In this document: positions 43,169 to 53,762 of the stretch, one piece after another
Layout: each line of letters begins with the position of its first letter
Numbering within the stretch: the first letter of the stretch is position 1
Assembly: GCA_964016885.1 (NCBI GenBank)
Contig: OZ024763.1
Location: 18,042,001-18,106,000, forward strand
Direction: 5' to 3'
Origin: Eledone cirrhosa
Taxonomy: Eukaryota
DNA length: 64,000 nt
Made by a program: the position numbers and the translations under genes
Notes under the pieces: model-generated
What the model was told of the DNA's origin: nothing
The model's database searches: none
The model's input: only the letters and a program-made list of their open reading frames with translations

Positions 43169-44379
43169 TATAAGTTTAAAGATGCATGAATATAAATATT
43201 CTCAACTTTCATCTTATAATCTGGTCTTCTTCTCCCCACTCTACATATATACACACACATACACACACATATACATACACATATACATACATATATACAC
43301 ACACATATACATACATATATACATACATATATATACACACACATATACATACTTATATATATGTACTCGCATATGCATACTTATATATACACACATATGC
43401 ATACACATGCATATACACATGCATACACACACATACACACATACACACATAAACATACATATATATATACACACACATATACATACTTATATATATATGT
43501 ACTCACATATGCATACTTCTATATATACACACATATGCATATATACATATACACATGCATACACATATATACATACATATACACACACATATACATACAT
43601 ATATATACATATACACACATATACTTACATATACACACATATACATACATATATATACACACATATACATACTTATATATAATTATGCATATGAGTACAT
43701 ATATATATGTACTCACATATGCATACTTCTATATACACGCACATATGCATATATATATACATACATATACACACACACACACACATATACATACATATAT
43801 ACATATACACACACACATATACTTACATATACACTTATACATACATTTACACACTTATACATACATTTACACACTTATACATACATATATATATACATAT
43901 ACACACACATACACTCACACATACATACATGCAGGGGCACATATGTACACATACACACACGCTTATGTGTGTCTCTTTCCAGGTTTTTCACGCTTGGTTG
44001 GTTTACATGAGGCCCCTTCATCTCACCACCACCACCCCTTCTCTCTGTACTCCCACCCCTCCCACCCCTATCACACCTGTCTTTTCCAGTAGCATAGCTG
44101 GGGGGGTGGGGGTGCTGATGGGGTCACGGGGTGGGATCCCCTCCTGGGGCGGGTGGCAACACTTTGGGGTCTGTTGTATAATAAACCTGTGCTAGGGTCT
44201 GTGTTTTGGTTGTTGGTAAGGAAATTGACTAGAATCACAGCATGTGCAGTGTGGTGGGAGGAGGGGGGAGAAGGGGAAGTAGCTAAAGTGTGAGGTGGAG
44301 GGAGAGATGGTAAGATTTGTGGTGGGAGGTAGGTAGATAGGTAGGTAGGTAGATGGTAATAAGATTTGTGGTGGTGACA

Positions 44380-44414
<35 letters not shown>

Positions 44415-45556
44415 GCGCGCGCGCACTGAAAAGTGGGAGTACCAGGTAGAGGAAGTGTTTGCTAGCAATGGGAGTGATGGTAGGAGGAATAGGTCTCTAT
44501 GAGGGAGTAGCAGGAGGAAGGTGTTACAGGCAATGCATTAGAGAGAAAGTAGGAGTGATAGGTCTCTATTAGAGAGGGGAAGTACCAGGAGTAGGAGGAA
44601 GGTGTTATGGGCAATAAGAGATAGTAGGAGTGATAGGTCTCTATGAGAGAGGGGAAGTACCAGGAGTAGGAGGAAGGTGTTATGGGCAATAAGAGATGGT
44701 AGGAATGATAGGTCTTTACAATGAGGGAGTAGGAGGAACGTGTTATGGGCAATAAGAGATGGTGGGAGTGATTGAATAAACAGATCTAATGGACCCTTGT
44801 TACACGGCAGACATTTTAATGGGGTGGTATTTTGATAGTTTCTAACAGATCATGTTTACCACCATAAGTTTATATACACACATACATACATACATACACA
44901 TGTATGTATATATGTGTGTATATTTTTTAATAAGTATATGTATATATATATTTAGGGTGTCCCCAAAAGATGTGTACATATTTATTAGAATGCTGTTGAA
45001 ATGTGTATTCATTTTTTGGGGGGAAACCATATGTATGTGTGTATATATGTATAAATATGTGTGTGGATTAAACTAGTATTAAACTAGTTAGACTATTATT
45101 CAACAGAGTACTTGGAATAGTAGTGTGACTATATTAAAGATATAGATGTGTGTGTATTATGTTTATATGTTTATGCATTTATTATGTGCATATATGTATG
45201 TGTGTATATGTTTATGCTTATGTTTGTGTGTGTGATTATATTAAATGCATAAGATGCTGTGCATGTATGTATATATGTATGCGTGTGTATATACAATACA
45301 ATTTCTCTCTCCAGATGAATCTAGCGTAACCGAAATCATCCCTGCTGGAGGTTACCAAGCCCCTGGACTGACGCCTTCTGCGGGATTGGACAACGACCAA
45401 CCCATCATTACACTGAAACAAACCAACATTAGCCCTTTCGTCATTGTAATGTTGGTCGTCTTGCTGCCTGCTTTTATATGTGTAGTTGCAACTGCAATCT
45501 GGTGCAGGTTTTGCACTAATTCTGCAGAATACAGTGTCCGAACTTCCATCCAATAA
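20191..45556 (+). CDS. 10-exon ZP-module membrane-anchored protein, vitelline-envelope VEZP/VERL-like (385 aa): join(20191-20209,22276-22316,27440-27476,29584-29771,30913-31058,32272-32435,33277-33361,34417-34573,37857-37935,45315-45556)
   Basis: All introns GT-AG, phases 1,0,1,0,2,1,2,0,1, total 1158 nt with no internal stop. Signal peptide MKKILITTVLPLVLLGHLVMA; 4 Cys ZP-N; 6 Cys ZP-C with ILNNGCGNG..GF..SPTF..CNFGFCKDKCDGLSC; KSKR site; TM FVIVMLVVLLPAFICVVATAIW. Confidence 0.85.
21150..21307. mobile_element. pogo/Tigger-like MITE
   Basis: Perfect 23 bp TIRs CCGTATTTCCCGGCGTCGAAGAC, flanked by TA on both sides. Confidence 0.85.
21700..21875 (+). pseudogene. RTE LINE 3' end fragment
   Basis: GRRARGRQKRRWTDCIKEWTGRSLAECTAMARDRTRW, a typical RTE ORF2 C-terminus. 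Confidence 0.75.
21976..22162. mobile_element. Mariner-type MITE
   Basis: TA-CGAGGG...CCCTCG-TA ends with imperfect TIRs. Confidence 0.6.
22276..22316 (+). CDS. ZP gene exon 2 (TTVLPLVLLGHLVM, signal peptide core)
   Basis: TTATCTTTTCAG acceptor, ATG|GTAAGG donor. Confidence 0.7.
22625..23434 (-). mobile_element. Complete non-autonomous Helitron (810 bp) in intron 2
   Basis: Minus strand begins TCTATATATATAAAA and ends with a CCCGAGCAACGCCGGG hairpin plus CTAG; inserted between A and T. Confidence 0.75.
23947..24140. mobile_element. (TA)n-flanked foldback element (about 52 bp stem) with GTATTGAGTAC tail
   Basis: TAGGAACGAGTAGGACCCCGACGGCTGAGCTCAAGCCGTTTCG..CGAAACGGCTTGAGCTCAGCCGTCGGGGTTCTACTCGTTCCTA; family copies at 48520 and 58310, partial at 41805 and 16650. 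Confidence 0.8.
24915..25062 (+). pseudogene. CRE-like (restriction-like endonuclease) retrotransposon 3' fragment
   Basis: AWLFRRLSLAITLGNAASVL; same motif at 26133-26324(-) and degraded at about 20960-21070(-). Confidence 0.65.
25600..26102 (-). pseudogene. L1/Tx1-like LINE ORF2 C-terminal fragment
   Basis: VFLCVIAMVKEAIWWTRLKG...RRIRMERE...FYERWVK resembles the Tx1/L1 C-terminal K..IW..R and F..RW motifs. Confidence 0.5.
26133..26324 (-). pseudogene. CRE-like retrotransposon 3' end
   Basis: FETFGGVGPLTARFLSALAARLIEVTGESRESVWLFQRISLAITRGNAASVL. Confidence 0.75.
26489..27240 (-). repeat. 10 x 76 bp tandem array derived from the CRE-like endonuclease coding segment
   Basis: TGATGG recurs at 26489, 26565, 26641 ... 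27173 with an exact 76 bp period; the unit encodes EGAWLFQ.LSLAIT on the minus strand. Confidence 0.9.
27440..27476 (+). CDS. ZP gene exon 3 (ALPMNKEKNIVI)
   Basis: TTCTTTATTCCAG acceptor, AG|GTGAGT donor. Confidence 0.75.
28240..29030. repeat. About 800 bp imperfect foldback (arms about 28240-28465 and 28795-29030)
   Basis: For example GTTGTATTGTAATGTTTACTTATTC vs GAATAAGTAAACATTACAATACAAC, and ATCCCTATAGTTAATTTA vs TAAATTAACTATAGGGAT. Confidence 0.75.
29584..29771 (+). CDS. ZP gene exon 4 (ZP-N: VTQSCPG...FALCQ...QHCIAM)
   Basis: AATTTTGTAG acceptor, ATG|GTAAGT donor, open frame. Confidence 0.9.
29840..30543. mobile_element. piggyBac-like MITE expanded by about 8 x 72 bp internal tandem repeats
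   Basis: TTAA-CCCCTTAGCATT...AATGCTAAATGG-TTAA; unexpanded ~200 bp relatives at 34601-34798 and 53470-53667. Confidence 0.75.
30764..30839. mobile_element. Tc1/mariner-type MITE
   Basis: TA-CAGGGTGTCCCCCAA...TTGGGGGACACCCTG-TA; relatives at about 41380-41600 and 44953-45030. Confidence 0.75.
30913..31058 (+). CDS. ZP gene exon 5 (QGETTGHYQIEIYV...VICPSP..)
   Basis: TTTCTTTCTTAG(CAG) acceptor, AG|GTTTGT donor, open in phase 0. Confidence 0.85.
31128..31597 (-). pseudogene. RTE LINE 3' end (5'-truncated)
   Basis: VQERRLQWYGHVMRMEDDRWVKKC..RGRPQKSW; same family as 59380-59945. Confidence 0.9.
32272..32435 (+). CDS. ZP gene exon 6 (linker and start of ZP-C)
   Basis: TTTTTCATTAG acceptor, G|GTTAAG donor, phases 2 and 1. 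Confidence 0.8.
32489..33228 (+). mobile_element. Composite SINE-like element with VNTR (copy 2), filling most of intron 6
   Basis: Inverted near-identical copy of 9766-10632. Confidence 0.85.
33277..33361 (+). CDS. ZP gene exon 7 (DSRTAAKGITPIWCLVDYRQSKIAILNNG)
   Basis: TTTTATTTCAG acceptor, GG|GTGAGT donor; ZP-C motif ILNNG|C. Confidence 0.9.
33414..33740 (+). mobile_element. tRNA-derived SINE, family A
   Basis: Same head, body and tail as 577-960. Confidence 0.85.
34417..34573 (+). CDS. ZP gene exon 8 (GCGNGPVIPKGSGF...SPTF...CNFGFCKDKCDG)
   Basis: TCTTTCTCAG acceptor, GGG|GTAAGC donor; Cys-rich ZP-C. Confidence 0.92.
35535..36315. repeat. Minisatellite, 24-32 bp units (TATTACACCAGTTTCACTTTG..)
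   Basis: Seen directly. Confidence 0.92.
36800..37822. repeat. 16 bp satellite with ordered sequence variants
   Basis: ACACGCACTACCCTAG, ACACGCTCTACCCTAG, ACACACTCTACCCTAG and ACACACTCTACACTAG occur in successive blocks. Confidence 0.95.
37857..37935 (+). CDS. ZP gene exon 9 (LSCRAIPTTIVKSKRSTVKLYLISQM)
   Basis: TCTTGTGTAG acceptor, G|GTAAGT donor; supplies the last ZP Cys and the KSKR site. Confidence 0.85.
38045..39310. repeat. About 1.26 kb almost pure polypyrimidine (CT/CTT/CTTT) tract
   Basis: Seen directly; source of the spurious 484 aa and 430 aa ORFs. Confidence 0.95.
40781..41124 (-). mobile_element. tRNA-derived SINE, family A
   Basis: Full head-to-(GAT)n tail copy. Confidence 0.85.
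45315..45556 (+). CDS. ZP gene exon 10 (propeptide, TM helix, short cytoplasmic tail, stop)
   Basis: TTTCTCTCTCCAG acceptor; DESSVTEII...FVIVMLVVLLPAFICVVATAIWCRFC...SIQ*. Confidence 0.88.
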
Positions 45557-46256
45557 GAATTTTTTTTTTTTGTTTTTTACCCCAAAACTCAAATGTAACA
45601 TTTTTTTATTTTTTATTTTTTTATTTTAATCCTAAAACTCAAAGGTTCCAAATGGTGGAGGAGGGGATCAGAGGTTAATTAATGGATAAAGCTATTGTAG
45701 TATGGTGGGGTCCCTTAATTGAAAAAATAATCATCAGGGACCGAGGGTAGGATTGGAGGTGGGGAGGAAGCTTGCTTATTATTTATGGTAGGAAAATAAT
45801 GATATTATTGATATTTATAATGATTTGGGGGTTCTTTAAATATTTTAGGGGCCTCTGCCCACAGCCTTCTAAAGTACTTGGAGTTTCTTGAATTGTTACT
45901 TCATTCTTCAGCCATCAGAAAGGTAGTCAGTCAGTTTGCCATGTAGTTTATACAATATAGTATATTTACCTCACTGATTACATATGGAGAGCTCTTTCTT
46001 TAGTGATTATAACCACACATTCAGGCAATGACATCTATATATTTATATATATAATATACGCCATGCTTTGCAGCATTCTGAGTTCAAATCCCGCCGAGGT
46101 TAACTTTGCCTTTCATCCTTACGGGGTCAGTAAAATAAAGTACCAGTAATACACTGGGATAATTGCTGGCCTTGTGCCAAAAGTAGAAACAAAATATATA
46201 TATATATATACATACAATATATTAACAAATGGAAACTATATTTATAAAACCATATT

Positions 46257-46322
46257 TATTTCATTATATATATTTCAAGGGCCATCAAGGCAGATTATGG
46301 TGCGCTTTCATCAGATAAAATA
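46257..46322 (-). ncRNA. Minimal type I hammerhead ribozyme (inverted partner of 46566)
   Basis: Minus strand: TATTTTAT-CTGATGA-AAGCGCACCA..TGATGGCCCTT-GAAA-TATATA-TA-ATGAAATA. Confidence 0.65.
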
Positions 46323-46565
46323 TAATACAGATTAGTTTTCTAAATAAATATTGACATACACGTACCCTGAAAAAAGACAACCTTAATGGTTGGAGCTTCC
46401 TGGATAATGACGCCATGCTTTGACGCATAGTTACGTCCCTTTACAGTCAGAGTTCAAATCCCGCCGAGGTTAACTTTGCCTTTCATCCTTACGGGGGTCG
46501 ATAAAATAAAGTACCAGTAATGTACTGGGTAATTGCTGGCCTTGTGCCTAAAGTAGAACCAATTA

Positions 46566-46631
46566 TATTTTATCTGATGAAAGCGCACCATAATCTGCCT
46601 TGGTGGCCCTTGAAATATGTATAATGAAATA
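46566..46631 (+). ncRNA. Minimal type I hammerhead ribozyme
   Basis: TATTTTAT-CTGATGA-AAGCGCACCA..TGGTGGCCCTT-GAAA-TATGTA-TA-ATGAAATA; intact core, 8 bp stem I, short near-palindromic stem III. Confidence 0.7.
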
Positions 46632-46761
46632 AATATGGTTTTATAAATATAGTTTCCATTTAATATATTGTATATTTACTCCAATAATTTGTTGAGTGCT
46701 TTATATCAGTTATAAAAATATTTAGCTTGTTGTATCCCAACAAATTAAATATAACCTCTAC

Positions 46762-46840
<79 letters not shown>

Positions 46841-47519
46841 CAATATCGGAGAAAGCTTTTTACCGATACTCCGGCCAAATTCCAACTCCCTCAACAAACA
46901 TTAGGAAATAAGTGATTATATTCCCAATTATGCGTTGGGGTGCTAACTAAAAGTATTGCGTGGAAAATTGGCTGTATTATTTCATATGAGACATATCGAA
47001 TATATCTCTTCCCAGACGGACGTCTCGTTTCATTATAGGATTCCTACAATTTGGGTGAAATTATACCAATTTATGTAGGAGCTTGTATACCATCAATAGA
47101 TATATATTCAAGTGGGCGCCTATAATTCATCAGTGGGTGCCCCAATAATACTAATATTGATAATCTAACCAACATCGGCATATATATATATATATATATA
47201 TATATTAATTTGTATACCAGTGTACTATTTGTATATTAGTATGTCTGGCAGGTTTGTTGTGAGATATATTTTGTTGGAGTTTTTCTATGGATTTTTAAAA
47301 AAATTATTTGTTTCAGTGTTTTTTTGGGGGGTTTGTATTGAGTAGAGTTTATAACTTATTCGTGACTTGTGTGGTGCTATTAGGTTAGACATGGCCTGGG
47401 CCAACACTGGCCAAAACCTATCAAAGTTATCAGTTGTATAAATACACAAAGATAAAGAGACTTTGGTACTTATTTTTCTGAATAATCTCACTCAGATTGA
47501 CTCAACATATGTTGATGGA

Positions 47520-48180
47520 ATGTGTAGGTAGATGGATGGGTAGATTGGTGTGTGGGTATATTGATATGTAGGTAGGTAGATAGAGGGGGTATGTAGGTAG
47601 ATGGATGAGTAGATTGGTGTGTGGGTATATTGATATGTAGGTAGGTAGCTAGAGGGGTGTGGATGTAGGTAGGTAGATGGATGAGTAGATTGGTGTGTGG
47701 GTATATTGATATGTAGGTAGGTAGGTAGATGGATGAGTAGATTGGTGTGTGGGTATATTGATATGTAGGTAGGTAGGTAGGTAGAGGGGTATGTATGTAG
47801 GTAGGTAGATGGGTAGATTGGTGTGTGGATAGAGGGGTATGTATGTAGGTAGAGGGGTATGTAGGTAGGTAGATGGATGAGTAGATTGGTGTGTGGGTAT
47901 ATTGATATGTAGGTAGGTAGGTAGAGGGGTATGTATGTATGTAGGTAGATGGATGAGTAGATTGGTGTGTGGGTAGAGGGGTATGTAGGTGGGTAGAGGG
48001 GTATGTATGTAGGTAGATTGGTGTGTGGGTATATTGATATGTATGTAGGTAGGTAGGTAGAGGGGTATGTAGGTAGATGGATGAGTAGATTGGTGTGGGT
48101 ATATTGATATGTATGTAGGTAGGTAGAGGGGTATGGATGTAGGTAGGTGGATGAGTAGAACATGGGTAGGTGGGTAGGTA
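47520..48180. repeat. Degenerate G/T-rich minisatellite (GGTAGATGGATGAGTAGATTGGTGTGTGGGTATATTGATATGTA)
   Basis: Seen directly. Confidence 0.85.
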
Positions 48181-48519
48181 GATATAAAGGAATAGACAGA
48201 TGAGTGGATGGATGGATAGATAGATGGGGATATGGGGATGATAGTGATATTAGCAGATGTTTTGTGTTATATATATATATGTGTGTATGGAAGTATGTAT
48301 GGTGAAAAAAAAAAAATATACATATATATATATATGTGTGTGTATATGGAAGTATGTATGGTGAAAAAAAAAAAAAAATATATATATATATATGTGTGTG
48401 TGTATATGGAAGTATGTATGGTGAAAAAAAAAAAAAATATATATATATATATATATGTGTGTGTATATGGAAGTATGTATAGTGCTACATATGTATATGG
48501 AAGTATGTATGTATATATA

Positions 48520-48709
48520 TAACGAAGGAAATGTGGTAAGGAACCAGGTGGACCATAATGCACCAAAGTACTCAATACTTGAGGTAGTAGAGTGGGTAAT
48601 AGGAACCAGTAAGACCCCGACAGCTGAGCTCAAGCCGTTTCGACGGCTAATTCTGGACAGAATTAGCCGTCGAAACGGCTTGAGCTCAGCTGTCGGGGTC
48701 TTACTGGTT

Positions 48710-48713
<4 letters not shown>
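48520..48713. mobile_element. (TA)n-flanked foldback element (23947 family, opposite orientation)
   Basis: Hairpin 48600-48713 with GTACTCAATAC upstream. Confidence 0.8.
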
Positions 48714-48752
<39 letters not shown>

Positions 48753-48894
48753 TCGCTGGCTGGACTAAAAAGTCACACTCGTTCAGCGCATCGGTAGGAG
48801 TTCTACATGGATATAAAGTAGTGGCCGTACTCGAAAACGAGTTGGCAGCCACTATGTATGTATGTATATATATATGTGTATATATATATATATA

Positions 48895-49075
48895 TATGGA
48901 AGGAAGGATGTAGTGCTATCTTGAGATAGAGCTGGATTAATAGAAAATGTGCATCTGGGTTAAGCAATGGATACGATTATATATATATATAAATCATATC
49001 CATTGCTTAACCCAGATGCACATTTTCTATTAATCCAGCTCTATCTCAAGATATCACTACATCCTTCCTTCCATA
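48895..49075. repeat. Near-perfect ~85 bp-arm palindrome centred on (TA)n
   Basis: GGAAGGAAGGATGTAGTG..GGGTTAAGCAATGGATA / TATCCATTGCTTAACCC..CACTACATCCTTCCTTCC. Confidence 0.9.
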
Positions 49076-49804
49076 TACACAGAGACAGACACAGAGAGAC
49101 AGACACAGAGAGTGTGAGAGAGAAAGATGGACAGACAAGTCACTTTTTGAATTCTTTCTCAAATTTGAAATTATTTAGAAATCTGTGTTCAAATTTTGCC
49201 ATTCATTATTCTCTAAAATAAGATATGAAATGGAGGGTGCCAGACCAACAAAATAGCTACTTACACCCCCTCATCTTAAAATGGACTGACCTCGGCTAAC
49301 AGTCAATAGTTAGATATAGCTGCTTACACAGCTCCATTTAAAAATGGATTGACCTTCTATAGCCGACTGCTTACACCCCTCTTGAAATGGGCTAACCTTT
49401 TATAGCCAACTGCTTACACCACCCACCCCCTTAAAATTGACTTACCTTCTATAGCCAACTTCTTACACCCCTCCTCTTAAAATGAGCTAACCCTCATTTC
49501 CATTACTCTATATTTACTATTTCTTTTTTGTAGTAAAGGCTTTACCTCTCATAAATTCTCACATAATATCTAATCTATTTTGATATATATTTTGAGAACA
49601 ATACCTTAACGTCAGTATGAGCAGCTGGTTATGGCAGGTTTGAACTGAAAGAGGTGAGAGAATTCTGGCTAGATATGGCTTGTTTTACTAGTCTTTGATT
49701 TAGTTTAGTTTGGTTTCTTTGTATTCTTAGCTATTAACTTCTAGAATGTTCTTTCTCATTCTAAGACATGTCTCCAGGCTTTGTATGATATTATAATTTT
49801 TTTT

Positions 49805-51960
49805 CAGTGGATTGGCAGTATTGGTAGATGTAAACAGTCGGACATGCTTTGTGGTATAAAGTTACAACCCTTTACATATAGTTATGGCTCTGAGTTCAAA
49901 CCCTGCTAAGGTTAGCTTGGCCTTTCATCCTTATGGGGTAAATAAAATAGTGTACCAGTAATGTACTGGGGTCAATTTAACCCCCCCCCCCCAAAAAAAA
50001 AATTGTTGGCCTTGTGCCTAGGTAGAGGGTCGGACGCAATGCTTTGCAACATAAGCTCGTTACGGTCTGAGTTCAAATCCCACCGAGGTTAACTTTGCCT
50101 TTTATCTTTACAGAGTCGATAAAGTACCAGTAATGCACTGGGGTAATTGCTGGCCTTGTGCCAAAAGTCGAAACAATTATTTATTAGGGCAGTGGATTGG
50201 CAGTATCAGTAGAGGGTCGGACACCATGCTTTGTAGCTTAGAGTTATGGCCCTTTACGCTCTGAGTTCAAATCCCACCGAGGTCAACTTTGCCTTTCATC
50301 CTTACGGGGTCGATAAAATAAAGTACCAGTAATGTACTGGGGTAATTGCTGGACTTGTGCCAAACGTAGAAACAATTATTTATAATATTGGCAGAATCAG
50401 TAGAACGTCGGACACCATGCTTTATGGCATAGAGTTATTGCCCTTTACAATCTGAGTGCAAATCCCTCCGAGGTTAACTTTGCCTTTCATCTTTACGGGG
50501 TCGATAAAACAAAGTACCAGTAATGCACTGGGGTCATTTTAATTGACTTTCCCCTCCCCTAAAATTGTTATCAACAAACATTTATTTCTTTCCTTGTTTT
50601 TGCTTCCTTTCTCTTTTCTTTTTTTTTTTTTTCTTTTTTTTCTTTTTGATGTTTTTTCTTCTGCCAAATGTAATTGAAAAAACAGGAATACTGTTTCCTG
50701 GATCTGATATGATCAGCCCCTTTTGCTTGGAAATAAAGTATTTCCAAGTTTTGTTTTGTTTTGTTTTGTTGTTTTATTTTAATTGAAGCACATGGCTTAG
50801 TGGTTAGAGCATTGGCCTTGCAATTGAAAGGTTGTGAGTTCAATTCTCAGACCGGGTGATGTGTTGTTTCCTTGAGCAAGACACTTTATTTCACATTGCT
50901 CCAGTTTACTCAGCTGTAGAAATGAGATGAAGTGGACTGGGGTCCCTATCATTCCACTGCAAAGTGGTCGTGGAGGTGCCACGGCAAAAAAGAAAGCACC
51001 CAGCACTCACTGTAAATGAGGTTGGTGTTAGGAAGGGCATCCAGCCAGAATCAGTTCCCGTCCCACCCTTGCAAGCAGGGAAAAGTGGACGTAAAAATGA
51101 TGATGATGATGATCTCGAAATTAATTAAGTTAATGAGCTTTTTTTTTCAAGAGTTTATGATGATGATTTCTACTTTAGGCTCAAGGCCAGCAATTTTGGA
51201 GGAAGAAAGTCAATTAAACGACCCAGTGCATTAGTGGTGATAATAGTAAAAAAAAATGTTCTATTTTAGGCACAAGGCCAGCAATTTTGAGGGAGAGGGG
51301 GAATCAATGAAATCGACCCCCCCCCCCCCCCCCCAATGCATTACTGGTTCTTTATTTTATCGACCCTCAGTGGGAATTTGAACTCAGAACATAAAGGGGT
51401 GTAACTATGCCATAAAACATCATGTTCAACGCTCTACCGACACTGCCAAGCCACCACCTTGATGATGATGATGATGATAATAATAATAATTGTTTCTACT
51501 TTTTGCACAAGGCCAGCAATTAACCAGTGTATTACTGGTACTTTATTTTATCGAGTACCAGTAATGCACTGGGTAATTGCTGGCCTTGTGCAAAAAGTAG
51601 AAACAATTATTATTATCCGCCGAGGTTAACTTTGCCTTTCATCCTTACGGGGTCGATAAAATAAAGTACCAGTAATACACTGGGAAATTGCTGGCCTTGT
51701 GCCAAAAGTAGAAACAATTATTATTATTGCCATTCTGAGTTCAAATATAATAATAATAATAATAATTGTTTCTACTTTTGGCACAAGGCCAGCAATTTCC
51801 CAGTGTATTACTGGTACTTTATTTTATCGACCCCCGTGAGGATGAAAGGCAAAGTTAACATCGGTGGGATTTGAACTCAGAATGGCAAGGGCCGTAACTC
51901 TATACGTCAAAGCATGCCGTCCGACCCTCTACCGACACTGCCAATCCACTAATAATAATA
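49805..51960. mobile_element. Dense cluster of tRNA-derived SINEs (family B head-to-tail and inverted copies, plus one family A copy at 50785-51112)
   Basis: Repeated GGATTGGCAGTATC..GAGTTCAAATCCC..GCCTTTCATCCTTACGGGGTCGATAAAATAAAGTACCAG..GTAGAAACAATTATT. Confidence 0.85.
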
Positions 51961-53469
51961 ATAATTGTTTCATTTATAAGCCACAAGGGCTGATTATAAT
52001 AAAAATAATTACATTTTTAATTTGTCTTTTGTTTTCCAGATAAAATTAATTGAAAGTTAGATTGCAGGGAAAAGGAACACTAAATGATAATGATAATGAT
52101 GATATGTGTATATAATGTATTTGTTTTCTTGTAGTCATGAAGTTATGTCAATGACTAAGGGGTGTAGAATTCAGGGTTCAAATGCACTTATTAGACATGT
52201 GCATTTGAACAAGATACTGTGGGTCCTTGAGTCACTGATATATAGATACACAACACACAACACACAGCACATAGATATAGGTATATAATTATATAATTAT
52301 ATATTTAAATAGATAAATAGATAGCTAAATAAACAGATAACTATATAGATATATAGCTATATAAATATATAGCTATTTATAGATATATAAACATATATAT
52401 ATTGGTGTGTGTGTGTGTATAAGTAGTTGGCTCTACTGGTAGATATAGCTAGATAAACAGAGATATTTATGTGTATGTATATATAGAGATATATTGATGT
52501 GTATATATATATATATAGATATATTGAAGTGTGTATGTGTATATATATATATATATATGTGGAGGTTCTACCAGAGGGAATGTGAGTAAGAAGTTAAGCA
52601 GCAATCTCCAAGGCAGTTAATTAGATTATATCACTGTTTCCAGTCAACGCCCTATTAAAACATACAAACCTAGGGGGCTTAGAGAAAGGGAATGGGGAGA
52701 GGAATGATTGAAGTTCAGGTGTGTGTGTATGTATGTATGTATGTATGTATATGTGTGTGTGTGTATGTATATATATATATATAGAGAGAGAATTAGTGTT
52801 AATTACATGCTGTTAATTACTGTTAATCACTTTCTACTTTGGTTTCACGATTTGCTCTGATATCTTGTGTGACCCTCTCTCCCACCCTCGACTTTTCCAA
52901 ACTACCAAAAGCATAAAAAAGAAGTCCCAGTTCATTATGATGATAATAATAATGAAATTATTTGTGTACAGTTCTCAGGTGCACTACAACTCATCAAAGG
53001 TGCATGTATCGTACATGGAATAATGTACAAATGTCAGTGTGAAGGATGAGTCCTTGAAACTCCTAAAAGTAAAGAAGCAGACTTGACCAGCTAGCCAACT
53101 GTTGTATGGTGTGTATGGAAACTTAAAACCACATTTTAAAAAACGGTGGAGGCACTGACCAACTGTTGTACAACATGTGATAGCTCAAAATCACTCAATT
53201 TAAAAAAAAACCCCAAAAGAGGGACCTTGACTAGCTATCCAGCTATCTAAGTTGTATGGCATATGTGAGAGCTCAAAAGTTAAAAAAAAAGGGGGCAGCA
53301 ACTTGATCAGCTAACCAGCCAGCTATGTTGTATAGTATGTGTGAGATTGAAATTATCAAAAGTAAAAAAAAAAAGTGGTGTTTGGCTTGACCAGCTAGCT
53401 ACGGTGTATAGCAGGTGCGAGAGAGAGATCAAAACCACCTGAAGCAGAATAGAGTGCTCTGATCATTAA

Positions 53470-53667
53470 CCCTTTAATGTTCAAACCGGCCAGAATTCTC
53501 TCACCTCTTTCTGTTGAAACTGGCTGTAACTAGCCACTCATACTGATGTTAAGGTATTGTTCTCAAAATAAATACTATCAAAATCTCATAGATTCAATAT
53601 TATGTGAGATAAAGCCTTTATCATGAAAATATAATAGTAAATAGAGAGTAATGTGAATGCTAAAGGG
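53470..53667. mobile_element. piggyBac-like MITE
   Basis: TTAA-CCCTTTA...TAAAGGG-TTAA. Confidence 0.8.
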
Positions 53668-53762
53668 TTAAACTAGTTATGTTGCATAGTGTGTGTGTGT
53701 GTGTGTGTGTATGAAATGAATTTTTCCAATGCCTTTTGGCAATCTTGATATGTCAGTGACCA

